Positions 29,148 through 38,414 of a stretch of DNA of 64,000 nucleotides are shown here, piece by piece. Numbering within the stretch: the stretch's first letter is position 1; each line of letters opens with the position of its first letter. This DNA comes from Leucobacter soli (GTDB taxonomy: Bacteria > Actinomycetota > Actinomycetes > Actinomycetales > Microbacteriaceae): positions 32,909 through 96,908 of the forward strand of contig JBEBSS010000005.1 of assembly GCA_040394175.1 (NCBI GenBank). The letters run 5' to 3'. Below the pieces are notes generated by a model, which saw only the letters and a list, made by a program, of their open reading frames with translations, ran no database searches and was not told the origin of the DNA. The translations under genes and the position numbers were made by a program.

Positions 29148-29518
29148 CGAACGCTCACCACGCCCGTCATCTCGGGATGCACCGAGCAATCGTAGAGGAA
29201 CTCGCCTGCCCGCTCGAAGACGTGCACGTACTCGCCGCTCGTCTGCAGTTCACTCACGAAGCTGCCGTCGGCCGAGACCACGTCGTGCTCCATCACACCG
29301 GAGAAGACCCACCGCACCGCCTGGCCGGGCTTGACCTCGACTGCGGCCGGTTCGAACTTGTTATCGATCACGGCCACCGTGACCGCGGCGGCGACCCCCT
29401 CCGCGGAGGGCACGACCGAAGGCTTCTTCTGCGCGCATCCGGCAAGCACACCCACGAGTGCGGCGACCGCGATCCCGCCGAACGCACGGCGTCCGAGCGG
29501 CTGCGAGGCAAGGCTCAC
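29144..29518 (-). CDS. Type-1 (blue) copper cupredoxin lipoprotein, probable Tat substrate
   Basis: 'GRRAF' twin arginine + 'LAGC' lipobox; 'HDV' His and C-x2-H-x2-M (CSVHPEM) copper ligands. Confidence 0.85.
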   Translation of the reverse strand: MSLASQPLGRRAFGGIAVAALVGVLAGCAQKKPSVVPSAEGVAAAVTVAVIDNKFEPAAVEVKPGQAVRWVFSGVMEHDVVSADGSFVSELQTSGEYVHVFERAGEFLYDCSVHPEMTGVVSVR

Positions 29519-30960
29519 TGCGCGCCCCGGTGCATGGCACGAGCCGCATCGGTGATCGCACCGGTCATCGACGGATAGACCGTGAACGCCGAAGCCACCT
29601 GATCGACGGTGAGACGATGTTCGACGGCGAGCGCCAGCGGGAAGATGAGTTCGCTCGCACGATGAGCGACGATGACGGCACCGATCACGGTTCCGGAGGC
29701 CTGCCAGGCGAAGAGTTTCACGAAGCCCTCGGCGAGCCCGATCATCTTGGCGCGCGGGTTCGTGTTGAGCGGAATGGTGTGCGAAACGGCCTTGGCGAGA
29801 TCGCTGTTGTCGGCCAGGGAACGCTCATTCCAGCCGACGGTCGCGATCTCGGGGTAGGTGAAGACGTTCGCCGCGACATTGCGCAGGTCGATCGGGCGCA
29901 CGAAGTCACCGAGCGCGTGCATGATCGCGGTGCGCCCCTGCATCGAGGCGACCGAGGCGAGCGGGAAGAAATCGGTGCAGTCTCCGGCTGCGTAGATCGA
30001 GGGGACCCGGGTGCGGGCTACCTTGTTGACGCGAATGTGCCCGCTCTCCGTCAGTTCGACGCCTGCGGCGCGGAGACCGAGTCCCGCGGTGTTCGGGACT
30101 GAACCGACTGCCATGAGGCAGTGCGAGCCTTCGATCTTGCGCCCGTCTTCGAGCTCGACGACGACACCGTCGTCCGTTCGCGTGACCGAGCTGGCCCGGG
30201 ACTTCGACATCACGTGCATGCCGAGCTTGGTGAACTCACGCTCGATGACCGCAGCCGCATCGGGATCCTCGCCGGGCAGCACCTGCTCTCGGCTGGACAC
30301 GAGGGTGACCTCAGAACCCAGGGTGCGGTAGGCGTTCGCGAACTCGGCCCCCGTGACTCCGGAGCCGACGACGACCAGATGCTCGGGGATCGCCTGCAGA
30401 TCGTAGAGCTGCTTCCAGGTGAGGATGCGCTCGCCGTCCGGCTTGGCGCTGTCCAGTTCGCGGGGGCTCGCGCCCACGGCCACGACGATGGTGTCTGCCT
30501 CGATCCGGTCGAAGTCGGTGCCCTCGCCGGTATGCCCCGTCGAGACGACGACCGCGTTCGTTCCGTCCAGTCGCCCTTGCCCCTGGACGACGCGAACTCC
30601 TGCCTCTTCCAGGCTGTGCAGCATGTCGGTCGACTGCGCGCCTGCCATCGCGAGCAGGCGCTTGTTCACCGCGGCGAGGTTCACCGTGGTTTCCGGACGC
30701 ACGGGCTTGCCGTCGCCGCCGGGGACGAACGTCTGCACGCCGAGCCGGCCGGCGTCGCGCACGGCCTGCACGCCACCTGCCGTGGCGATCAGGCTCTTCG
30801 AGGGGACGACGTCGGTGAGCACCGCGGCTCCCCCGACGCCGACTCGCTCGATGAGCGTCACGTCGGCTCCGAGTTGAGCTCCTGCGAGTGCGGCTTCGTA
30901 CCCGCCCGGGCCCCCGCCGAGCACCACGATCCGGTGCTTGCGATCTTGCGCTTTTGCCAT
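29515..30960 (-). CDS. lpdA: NAD(P)H:quinone reductase, flavoprotein disulfide reductase family
   Basis: GGGPGG, 'LTDVVPSK' (no CxxxxC), GSGVTGAE, 'AAGDCT...LASVA', C-terminal 'VYPS'; start at ATG 30960. Confidence 0.93.
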   Translation of the reverse strand: MAKAQDRKHRIVVLGGGPGGYEAALAGAQLGADVTLIERVGVGGAAVLTDVVPSKSLIATAGGVQAVRDAGRLGVQTFVPGGDGKPVRPETTVNLAAVNKRLLAMAGAQSTDMLHSLEEAGVRVVQGQGRLDGTNAVVVSTGHTGEGTDFDRIEADTIVVAVGASPRELDSAKPDGERILTWKQLYDLQAIPEHLVVVGSGVTGAEFANAYRTLGSEVTLVSSREQVLPGEDPDAAAVIEREFTKLGMHVMSKSRASSVTRTDDGVVVELEDGRKIEGSHCLMAVGSVPNTAGLGLRAAGVELTESGHIRVNKVARTRVPSIYAAGDCTDFFPLASVASMQGRTAIMHALGDFVRPIDLRNVAANVFTYPEIATVGWNERSLADNSDLAKAVSHTIPLNTNPRAKMIGLAEGFVKLFAWQASGTVIGAVIVAHRASELIFPLALAVEHRLTVDQVASAFTVYPSMTGAITDAARAMHRGAQ

Positions 30961-31125
30961 GGCTCCCAGTCTACGGTGTGGCTCGGTCCTTCCGGTCCCG
31001 AAGACCAGTTTGCGCACTGTTGCAGGCGCGGTCATACCGGTGGGGCATCTAGCAGCACGTAAGATCGAGGGAAATTGGCTTATCTGCGGACGACGCACCG
31101 ATGCGGTCCGCGAAAGGATTGTGCA

Positions 31126-33900
31126 ATGACGCCCCTCGACGACGCTCTCCCGGAGCACCCAGGCAGTGCGGCTCACAGTGGCGCGCACTCGGAGGACCAC
31201 GAGTCCTCTGCGCCGCAGTCCACGGCGGAACTGGAGCGCGACCCCGGGATGCCGTCGAGCACGTGGCGCATGCGCAGCGATGCGTGGGAGTATCTGCGGT
31301 TCGGGGTGAAGCGCATCGCGCTGGGCAGCGACGACGAGAGCGCACTCACTCGCGACGGCGAGATCGCCCGCAATCTTCGCGCACTCGAGACCATCGAGAT
31401 GTACTGGGCAGGGTTCGGGCAGCGGTATGTCCGCAATATCGCGGAACTGCTCGAGGCCGGCGAATACCAGGTCGCGCTGGATCGCATCGGCCGCGTCGTG
31501 CAGCGCCTGCGGGGCTCCACCGTTCCTGACGATCCACGTGACGAGGCGATCGAGGAGATCGAGCGGCTCGAGGCGCACGACGACGGCGATCCCCGCCCCC
31601 GCTTCGAAGTGCTGGTGATCGATGAGACCACCGCCGGTGATCGGGATTCGATGCGGGCCGAGAATATGCGGTTGCGCTCCGCTGCGGACCTGTTCGTCTA
31701 CGACTACGTGGTGGTGCCGTCCGCCGACGATGCGATCGCCGCGCTGCTGACGAACCCGAACATCCTCGCCTGCATCGTGCGCCCGGGATTCAGCGGGCGC
31801 AGCACGCAGGCCCTGAGCCGGGACCTGCGAGAGACGATTGCGCTTGCCTGGGAGTCGGCCGACGTGCCGACGGCCCCGGCATCGAGCGCCCTCTCCTCGG
31901 TGCAGCGGGTGGTTCGCCTCGCCGATGTGCTGCACAGCATTCGCCCCGAGATCGATCTGTATCTGATGGCCGGAGCGAACATCGAGGAGCTTGCGGGGGC
32001 GCTTTCTCGACGGTTCCGTCGCGTCTTCAGGCGCGAGGATCAGCTCGAGCTCCATCTCTCGCTCCTCCGACGAATCTCGCACCTCTACGACACCCCCTTC
32101 TTCGCGGCGATCCAAGATCACGCGAGGCGTCCTGTCGGCGTGTTCCACGCGCTCCCCGTGGCGCGCGGGGGCTCGGTCGTGGGGTCGAAGTGGATCACGG
32201 ATCTTGCCGACTTCTACGGTTTGAACCTGCTGCTCGCCGAGACGAGCGCCACCTCGGGCGGTCTCGACTCGCTGCTCGCTCCGGTGCACACGCTCAAGAA
32301 GGCGCAGGAACTCGCCGCACGTGCGTTCGGTGCGAAGCAGACCTTCTTCGTCACGAACGGCACCTCGACCGCGAACAAGATCGTGCATCAGGCGATGGTC
32401 TCCCCTGGCGATGTGGTGCTCGTCGATCGGAACTGCCACAAGTCCCACCACCATGCGATCATGCTGACCGGTGCGAGGCCCGCCTATCTCGAGGCATACC
32501 CGCTGAACGACTACGCGTTCTACGGTGCGGTGCCGCTCTCCAGCATCAAGCAACTGCTGCTGGACTACCGCGCGGCAGGACGCCTCGACGAGGTCCGCAT
32601 GGTCACCCTGACCAACTGCACGTTCGACGGAATCGTCTACGACACCGAGCGCGTGATGGCCGAGTGCTTGGCGATCAAGCCCGATCTGGTCTTCCTCTGG
32701 GACGAGGCCTGGTTCGCGTTCGCCGCCTTCCACCCGGTCACTCGCCGCCGTACGGCCATGGCTTCGGCGAAGCATCTCGAAGAGCGGCTGAGGACTTCTG
32801 CGCATGCCGCCGCCTATGCCGAGCAGCAGAAGCGCCTCTTCGACGCCAATGGCACTCCCGCGCCCGATGAGGTCTGGCTGAGCGAGCGGCTGCTCCCCTC
32901 GCCGGATGCGCGTCTGCGAGTGTACGCATCCCAGTCGACCCACAAGACGCTCACGTCGCTCCGGCAGGGTTCGATGATCCACGTCTACGATCAAGACTGG
33001 ATTCGCGATGCGCGTGAGCCATTCCACGAGGCGTATATGACGCACACCTCGACGTCGCCCAATTATCAGATCCTCACGTCGCTGGATCTCGGTCGCCGGC
33101 AGGTCGAGCTCGAGGGCTTCGAGCTGGTGCAGCGCCAGCTCGACCTCGCCACGAGCCTGTCGCAGGCGATCGCGCGGCACTCGCTGCTCCGCAGGTTCTT
33201 CCGTGTGCTGACCGCGCACGATCTGATCCCCGAGCATCTGCGAGGCGAGGGGGCGCCCATGCCGCTGCGCCGTGGGCTTTCGGACATGTGGCGAGCGTGG
33301 GAGCACGACGAATTCGTTGTGGATCCGAGCCGCATCACGGTCGAGATCTCGCGCACCGGAGTCGACGGTGACACCTTCAAACACGACTACCTGATGGATC
33401 GCTTCGGCATCCAGGTCAACAAGACCAGCCGCAACACGGTGCTGTTCATGACGAACATCGGCACGTCGCGCAGCGGTGTGGCGTATCTGATCGAGGTGCT
33501 GGTCAAGCTCGCCGAGCGGTTCGAGGAGGTGCAGGAGCAGCGCGATCCCGAGCTGCCGCTGCCGGGCGAGGTGCCCATGCCCCCGCTTCCCGATTTCAGT
33601 TCGTTCTCCCGGGAGTACGCTTCGGACCTCGATCTGCCCGATGGCGACCTGCGAACGGCGTTCTTCAAGGGGCAGCGTCGAGGATCCGTCGAGTACGTAC
33701 GACCGGAGGAGTTGCGCGTGCGCGTCTCCGACGGGGAGACGATGGTGAGCGCGGGATTCGTGACGCCGTACCCGCCTGGGTTCCCGGTGCTGGTGCCTGG
33801 GCAGGTCATCACGCACGAGATCATCGACTTCATGTCGGTTCTCGACACTCGCGAGATTCACGGCTATGACGCCGGCCGCGGGTACCGGGTGCTGAAGTAA
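31126..33900 (+). CDS. PLP-dependent Orn/Lys/Arg decarboxylase (fold type I) with receiver-like wing domain
   Basis: 'FVTNGTSTANKIV', 'DRNCHKSHH', 'TNCTFDG', 'DEAWF', PLP Lys in 'QSTHKT', 'TSTSPNY', 'PYPPGFP'. Confidence 0.93.
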   Translation: MTPLDDALPEHPGSAAHSGAHSEDHESSAPQSTAELERDPGMPSSTWRMRSDAWEYLRFGVKRIALGSDDESALTRDGEIARNLRALETIEMYWAGFGQRYVRNIAELLEAGEYQVALDRIGRVVQRLRGSTVPDDPRDEAIEEIERLEAHDDGDPRPRFEVLVIDETTAGDRDSMRAENMRLRSAADLFVYDYVVVPSADDAIAALLTNPNILACIVRPGFSGRSTQALSRDLRETIALAWESADVPTAPASSALSSVQRVVRLADVLHSIRPEIDLYLMAGANIEELAGALSRRFRRVFRREDQLELHLSLLRRISHLYDTPFFAAIQDHARRPVGVFHALPVARGGSVVGSKWITDLADFYGLNLLLAETSATSGGLDSLLAPVHTLKKAQELAARAFGAKQTFFVTNGTSTANKIVHQAMVSPGDVVLVDRNCHKSHHHAIMLTGARPAYLEAYPLNDYAFYGAVPLSSIKQLLLDYRAAGRLDEVRMVTLTNCTFDGIVYDTERVMAECLAIKPDLVFLWDEAWFAFAAFHPVTRRRTAMASAKHLEERLRTSAHAAAYAEQQKRLFDANGTPAPDEVWLSERLLPSPDARLRVYASQSTHKTLTSLRQGSMIHVYDQDWIRDAREPFHEAYMTHTSTSPNYQILTSLDLGRRQVELEGFELVQRQLDLATSLSQAIARHSLLRRFFRVLTAHDLIPEHLRGEGAPMPLRRGLSDMWRAWEHDEFVVDPSRITVEISRTGVDGDTFKHDYLMDRFGIQVNKTSRNTVLFMTNIGTSRSGVAYLIEVLVKLAERFEEVQEQRDPELPLPGEVPMPPLPDFSSFSREYASDLDLPDGDLRTAFFKGQRRGSVEYVRPEELRVRVSDGETMVSAGFVTPYPPGFPVLVPGQVITHEIIDFMSVLDTREIHGYDAGRGYRVLK

Positions 33901-33982
33901 CGGGAGTGCAGTGGCGTTGTCGCGGTCGCCCCGCCTCCGGACGGGCACCTGACCATTCCCTGCGAATATCACCCGACGAAGC

Positions 33983-34001
33983 TTAGGTAACCCTAAACTA
34001 G
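33983..34001. promoter_or_regulatory. DtxR/IdeR iron box
   Basis: TTAGGTAACCCTAAACTAG; 14/19 identical to TTAGGTTAGGCTAACCTAA; ends 4 nt before the GTG of the SIP-domain gene. Confidence 0.8.
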
Positions 34002-34005
34002 AGAC

Positions 34006-34503
34006 GTGGATTACGATGCCTCACTTTTCGACGAATCGATCTTTGACGATTCGAGTCTGAGCGAACTCCCGAGTACCTCGCTCGACGGTTTCGTCGACGG
34101 CAACGACCGAATCGACTGCCTGCTCGCTGCCGGCAACATCAGCGATGTGCCCGACCTGCGCGTATGGTGCCAGTCGCTTCCGGCGGACAGCTATGGCCAA
34201 GTCTTCATCGAAGTGTTCTCCCCCATCCAGATCGAACCGCTGCAGACTCCCCCGGGCGTCGGCGTCACTTGGATCTGCCGCGAGCAACTGGGCGATCCCA
34301 CGCTTCCTGGAATCGGGCTTCCGCAGGGTCAGGCGCTCAAGACCGCGGTCGACGCCTGGCTGTGCGAGTGGTATCGGACCGAATACGGTGCCGAGCGCCA
34401 CTTCACCCTCTGGATGGGAGCGCGCAGCAACGAAGTCATGCACACCTACTGGAAGAGCCTCGAACGCCAGGTCACCAGCGCATCGGGCGACCCTCGCCGC
34501 TGA
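34006..34503 (+). CDS. Stand-alone siderophore-interacting protein (SIP) C-terminal-like domain protein
   Basis: 'LLAAG..SD.P', 'G.VFIEV', 'PPGVGVTWI.R', 'G..L..AV.AW'; lacks an FAD-binding N-domain; iron box upstream. Confidence 0.7.
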   Translation: MDYDASLFDESIFDDSSLSELPSTSLDGFVDGNDRIDCLLAAGNISDVPDLRVWCQSLPADSYGQVFIEVFSPIQIEPLQTPPGVGVTWICREQLGDPTLPGIGLPQGQALKTAVDAWLCEWYRTEYGAERHFTLWMGARSNEVMHTYWKSLERQVTSASGDPRR

Positions 34504-34558
34504 GCCTCGGCACGCGATCCTCCGACGCGCCGAGCTCACCCTCGGTGCTCGGCGGCCC

Positions 34559-36169
34559 TCAGCACTCGAAGACGATCCGCCCGTCGACGACCGTCAGCAC
34601 GATCGGCAGATCGACGAGGTCATCGCTCGACGTCTCGACGGGGTCGCCGGCCCACACCGTCAGGTCGGCAACGCAACCGACTGCGAGCTTGCCCCGATCA
34701 TCATGGCCTCTCGCCTCGGCCGGCCACAGCGTGTAGGCGAGCAGCGCTTCCTCGCCGCTCAGCCGCTGCTCCGGCTCGAACACGTGCGAGGCGGCCTCAC
34801 CGGGAGCATGCCGGCCGCGCGCCCAGGCCATGCCGATCCTCGGATCGTATTGCGCGACAGGCCAGTCGGAGCCGAGCGTCACCCGCACACCGGCATCCAG
34901 CACGCTCCGCACCCGGTAGCCGGTCGCCGCACGAGCTTCACCGAGACGCACGGCCCAGTTGTCGCTGAGATCCGCACTCCGCCACTGCATGTGCAGCGGC
35001 TGCATGGATGCGGTCACCCCCGACCCGCGAAGGGCATCGAGGTCCGCGTCGGAGAGCACTTCGAGGTGCTCGATGGAATGCGCGGGCAGACCGTCCCGCT
35101 CGGGCAGCTCCGCGTAGACTTCGAGCACTCGACTGACCGCGTAGTCGCCGACCGCGTGCGTCGCGATCAGCATGCCCGCATCGTGATAGGCGCGAACCAC
35201 CTCGGTATACCGCCCGAAGTCCGGCCAGAATGCCGCGCGACCGTCACCGCAGCTGTCGACCGTATGCAGCCAGGCGGTGCCCGTATCGATGACACCGTCG
35301 CTGAAGAGCTTGATCGCGCCGCCCTGCCAGAGGCGGCCCCGACGCTCCCGCTCGTCGATGCGCTGCCGCACCGCGCGGTCATCGTCGCCCACCGCGTGCC
35401 AGTGATGCACGGTGAGGCGGTGATCGAGCTCGCCGCGTGACTCTAGCTCCTCCAGCAGCTCGATCGTGTACGGCTTGCCGTCCATGATCGCACCGCCGGT
35501 CAGGCCGACCGCCGTCAGGCGCCGGAACATATCGCGCAGCGCATCGCGCTCCGCCTCGCGTCCCGGCTTCGGAGCCGCGTCGAACAGCAGCTGGTATGCG
35601 GTCGGCTCGCGCAACTCGCCCGTCGGCACGCCGTCGGAGTCGACGACGATCTCGCTCGCATCGGCGAATTCGCGTACTCCCGTGATGCCGGCCTCGGCGA
35701 GGGCCGGCGCGGTGCCGAGCCCCGTGTGCAGGTCATAGCAGATCAAGGCGACCGGTCGTCCCGGTGCAGCGTCGGCGAGGAGATCTCCACGCAACCCGGT
35801 GTGCTCGAAGGGCTCGTATTCGAGGTTCCAGCCGCGCAGCCATTCGCCCTCGGGAAGCCTGGCATGCTCTGCGGCGAGCGCCTCCCGCAGCTCATCGAGG
35901 GTGCCGAGCCCGCCGAGGTCGATTCCCGAGGTGACCTCAGCGGCCCAGTGCGGGTGCGTGTGCGAGTCGAAGAGGCCGGGGGTGACCGTCGCGCCGCCGA
36001 GGTCTCGCACCTCGATTCCCGCCTCGACGGCCGCTGCCGTCACCTCGTCGTCCGTGCCGAGCTGAGCGATCATGCCGTCGCGCACCAGGAGCGCCGTGTA
36101 CGAATGCTCCCCGGGCAGGTTGGTTCGGAGTTTCGCTCCGATGATGGCGAGCGATCCTGTTGCAGACAT
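34559..36169 (-). CDS. Amidohydrolase_3 (YtcJ/NfdA-like) metallo-hydrolase
   Basis: 'PGLFDSHTH', 'PTGELRE', 'KLFSDG', 'HAVGD', 'HSIEH', 'LGSDWP', 'GKL.VG..AD'; start at ATG 36169. Confidence 0.92.
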   Translation of the reverse strand: MSATGSLAIIGAKLRTNLPGEHSYTALLVRDGMIAQLGTDDEVTAAAVEAGIEVRDLGGATVTPGLFDSHTHPHWAAEVTSGIDLGGLGTLDELREALAAEHARLPEGEWLRGWNLEYEPFEHTGLRGDLLADAAPGRPVALICYDLHTGLGTAPALAEAGITGVREFADASEIVVDSDGVPTGELREPTAYQLLFDAAPKPGREAERDALRDMFRRLTAVGLTGGAIMDGKPYTIELLEELESRGELDHRLTVHHWHAVGDDDRAVRQRIDERERRGRLWQGGAIKLFSDGVIDTGTAWLHTVDSCGDGRAAFWPDFGRYTEVVRAYHDAGMLIATHAVGDYAVSRVLEVYAELPERDGLPAHSIEHLEVLSDADLDALRGSGVTASMQPLHMQWRSADLSDNWAVRLGEARAATGYRVRSVLDAGVRVTLGSDWPVAQYDPRIGMAWARGRHAPGEAASHVFEPEQRLSGEEALLAYTLWPAEARGHDDRGKLAVGCVADLTVWAGDPVETSSDDLVDLPIVLTVVDGRIVFEC

Positions 36170-36350
36170 CGACTTTCTCCTTTGATCCTGCCCGGCAGCC
36201 CGTACCGGCGTCGGTGCGCAAACGCTGCTGTTCACGCTATCGGCCTCGCCCGGTGGCCCGCAATTCAGCAACCATACTGCCCGTTCACAGTCAGCTCATT
36301 GGTGAGCTAGGCATGCTTGGGGAATCACCAACTGCAGCACGGAGGTCACC

Positions 36351-37085
36351 ATGGGCAAGCGCGCGAAAGCGCTGATCATCGCGGCTGCGGGCGTCATCCT
36401 GCTCGGCGGCACCGCCGCAATCGCGGTGCCGATCATCTATCGCGATTACCTCGTCGAGCCGGCTGCGGAGGCACCGGCGCTCAGCGCCGATGATTCGGCG
36501 CTGTCCAAGGCATCCGGAGAGCCGCTCGACCCGGCGGCGTTCACGGGCCATTGGACGATCGGTGACGGTTCTTTCGCCGGCTATCGGGTCGATGAGGTGC
36601 TCAACGGCACTCCCGTGACCGTCACCGGGCGCACCGAGGACGTCTCGGGCACCCTGACCCTGGACGCGCAGACACTCTCCGCAGCCGAGTTCACCGTCGA
36701 TGTGGCCTCGATCGCCACCGACAACGCCCAGCGCGACGACTACTTCCGCACGCAGGTCATTGACACCGGGACGCACCCGACGGCCACCTTCGCGTTGACC
36801 TCGCCCGTGACGATCGCCGAGGCTCCCCTGTCCGGAGAGGTGACCGAGCAGACGCTCACAGGAGATCTCACTCTCGCGGGAATCACCAGACCCGTGACGT
36901 TCACCGTGCAGGTTCGCGCCTTCGGTCCCTCTACCGATGAGCCCAAGGGAACCCTCGAGATCGCGGGGCAGATTCCGATCACCTTCGGCGATTTCGGGAT
37001 GACCGCGCCCAACCTGGGATTCGTCTCGGTGGAATCCTCCGGACTCGTGGAGTTCTCCCTCGCACTGCACGGACCCACCGGGTAG
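36351..37085 (+). CDS. YceI-family (polyisoprenoid-binding) protein with N-terminal anchor
   Basis: 'GYRVDEVL', 'V.SI.TD..QRD..FR', 'L.GDLTL.G.T.PV'. Confidence 0.9.
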   Translation: MGKRAKALIIAAAGVILLGGTAAIAVPIIYRDYLVEPAAEAPALSADDSALSKASGEPLDPAAFTGHWTIGDGSFAGYRVDEVLNGTPVTVTGRTEDVSGTLTLDAQTLSAAEFTVDVASIATDNAQRDDYFRTQVIDTGTHPTATFALTSPVTIAEAPLSGEVTEQTLTGDLTLAGITRPVTFTVQVRAFGPSTDEPKGTLEIAGQIPITFGDFGMTAPNLGFVSVESSGLVEFSLALHGPTG

Positions 37086-37144
37086 CTCCGACCACCGGCT
37101 CGCCCCGTCACCCGCGAGTCGCATCGGATCGCCGCACTCGCGAC

Positions 37145-37184
37145 GATCCGACCGCGCAGACGCGTTCGTGCGCGCGGTCGGATC
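37145..37184. terminator. Hairpin between convergent yceI-like and rimK genes
   Basis: 13-bp perfect inverted repeat GATCCGACCGCGC / GCGCGGTCGGATC. Confidence 0.6.
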
Positions 37185-37190
37185 CGCGCG

Positions 37191-38390
37191 CTAGCTCTCG
37201 GCCGCCAGATCCCGCGCTTCCTGGGGCAGCTTGCGCACGCGGGCCCGCCGTCGAGGGCGGTCGGGGATCATCGAGCGCATCTCCTCCAGCTTGCCGAAGC
37301 AGAGCAGGCGATCCTCGGGCTCGAGCACCACATGCTTTCGAGGATTCGGGATCACCTGGACGCCTCGGTGCAGGGTCAGCACCGTGATGTCGCGATCCCA
37401 CAGTCCGAGATCACCGAGTTTCTTACCGACGTGCTCGGCGCCGGCATGCATCACGAGCTCGGCCACGCCGTATCCCGTCGACACGCTCAGCCGCTGGCGC
37501 ACGTCGATCTCGGGGAAGGCCACCTGATTGGCGATGTAGTCGATGATCGCGCCGGCGACGTCCAGGCCGGTGGCCTGCTCGATGCCCTGCAGCCCAGGCG
37601 AGGAATTGACCTCCATGACGAGGGGGCCCTCGTCGCCCTCCAGCATGTCGACACCGGCGACGCGCAGCCCCATGATCTGCGCCGCGCGAACCGCCGTCTG
37701 TTCATATGCCGAATCGAGCTGCACCGCTTCGACGCTGCCGCCGCGATGGACGTTGGACCGGAACTCATCTCCGCTCGCCTGCCGCCGCATGGCAGCGACG
37801 ACACGATCGCCCACGACGAGGGCGCGGATGTCTTTGCCACGGCTCTCGGAGACGAAGCGCTGGATCAGCACGTTCTGCCGCGTCGAATGCAGTGTCTCGA
37901 TGATCGCCTCTGCCACCTTGATCTGCGGGGCGAGGATCACGCCGATCCCCTGAGTGCCCTCGAGCAGTTTGATCACGACCGGTGCTCCGCCGACGCTCTC
38001 GATCGCGGGGCGCACATCGGCACGGTTGCGCACGAAGGCGGTCGCGGGCATCTCGATGTTGTGGCGGGAGAGAATCTGAATCGCTCGCAACTTGTCGCGA
38101 GCATTCGAGATGCCGTTCGCAGTGTTCGGAGTGTAGACATCCATCTGCTCGAACTGACGGACGACCGCAGTGCCGAAATAGGTGATCGAGTTGCCGATCC
38201 TCGGCAGAATCGCATCGTAGTCGCTGAGCTGCTTGCCGCGATAGCGCAGATCAGGAACGTCGTCCGCGAGGTCGATCGCGAAACGCAGAGTATTCAGCAC
38301 GAGGGCGCGATGACCCCGATCTTCGGCCGCAGCTTTGAGTCGTTGCGTCGAATACGCTTGCGGAGCGCGCGAGAGAATCGCCAATTTCAT
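37191..38390 (-). CDS. rimK: RimK-family alpha-L-glutamate ligase with C-terminal RCK_C (TrkA-C) domain
   Basis: 'MKLAILSR...YST.RL', 'RDKLRAIQ', 'KLLEGTQG.GV', 'FRSNVHRGG', 'EVNSSPGL'; tail 'ITVLTLHRG...IPNPR...LEPEDRL'. Confidence 0.93.
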   Translation of the reverse strand: MKLAILSRAPQAYSTQRLKAAAEDRGHRALVLNTLRFAIDLADDVPDLRYRGKQLSDYDAILPRIGNSITYFGTAVVRQFEQMDVYTPNTANGISNARDKLRAIQILSRHNIEMPATAFVRNRADVRPAIESVGGAPVVIKLLEGTQGIGVILAPQIKVAEAIIETLHSTRQNVLIQRFVSESRGKDIRALVVGDRVVAAMRRQASGDEFRSNVHRGGSVEAVQLDSAYEQTAVRAAQIMGLRVAGVDMLEGDEGPLVMEVNSSPGLQGIEQATGLDVAGAIIDYIANQVAFPEIDVRQRLSVSTGYGVAELVMHAGAEHVGKKLGDLGLWDRDITVLTLHRGVQVIPNPRKHVVLEPEDRLLCFGKLEEMRSMIPDRPRRRARVRKLPQEARDLAAES

Positions 38391-38414
38391 GGTGATACCT
38401 GCCAAGATAGATGC

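Noticed and set aside
29515-33972. 1485-aa minus-strand ORF that looks like a giant fusion
   Set aside because: Only the last 481 codons (from ATG 30960) are LpdA; the rest is the stop-free antisense shadow of the decarboxylase gene, typical of high-GC DNA.
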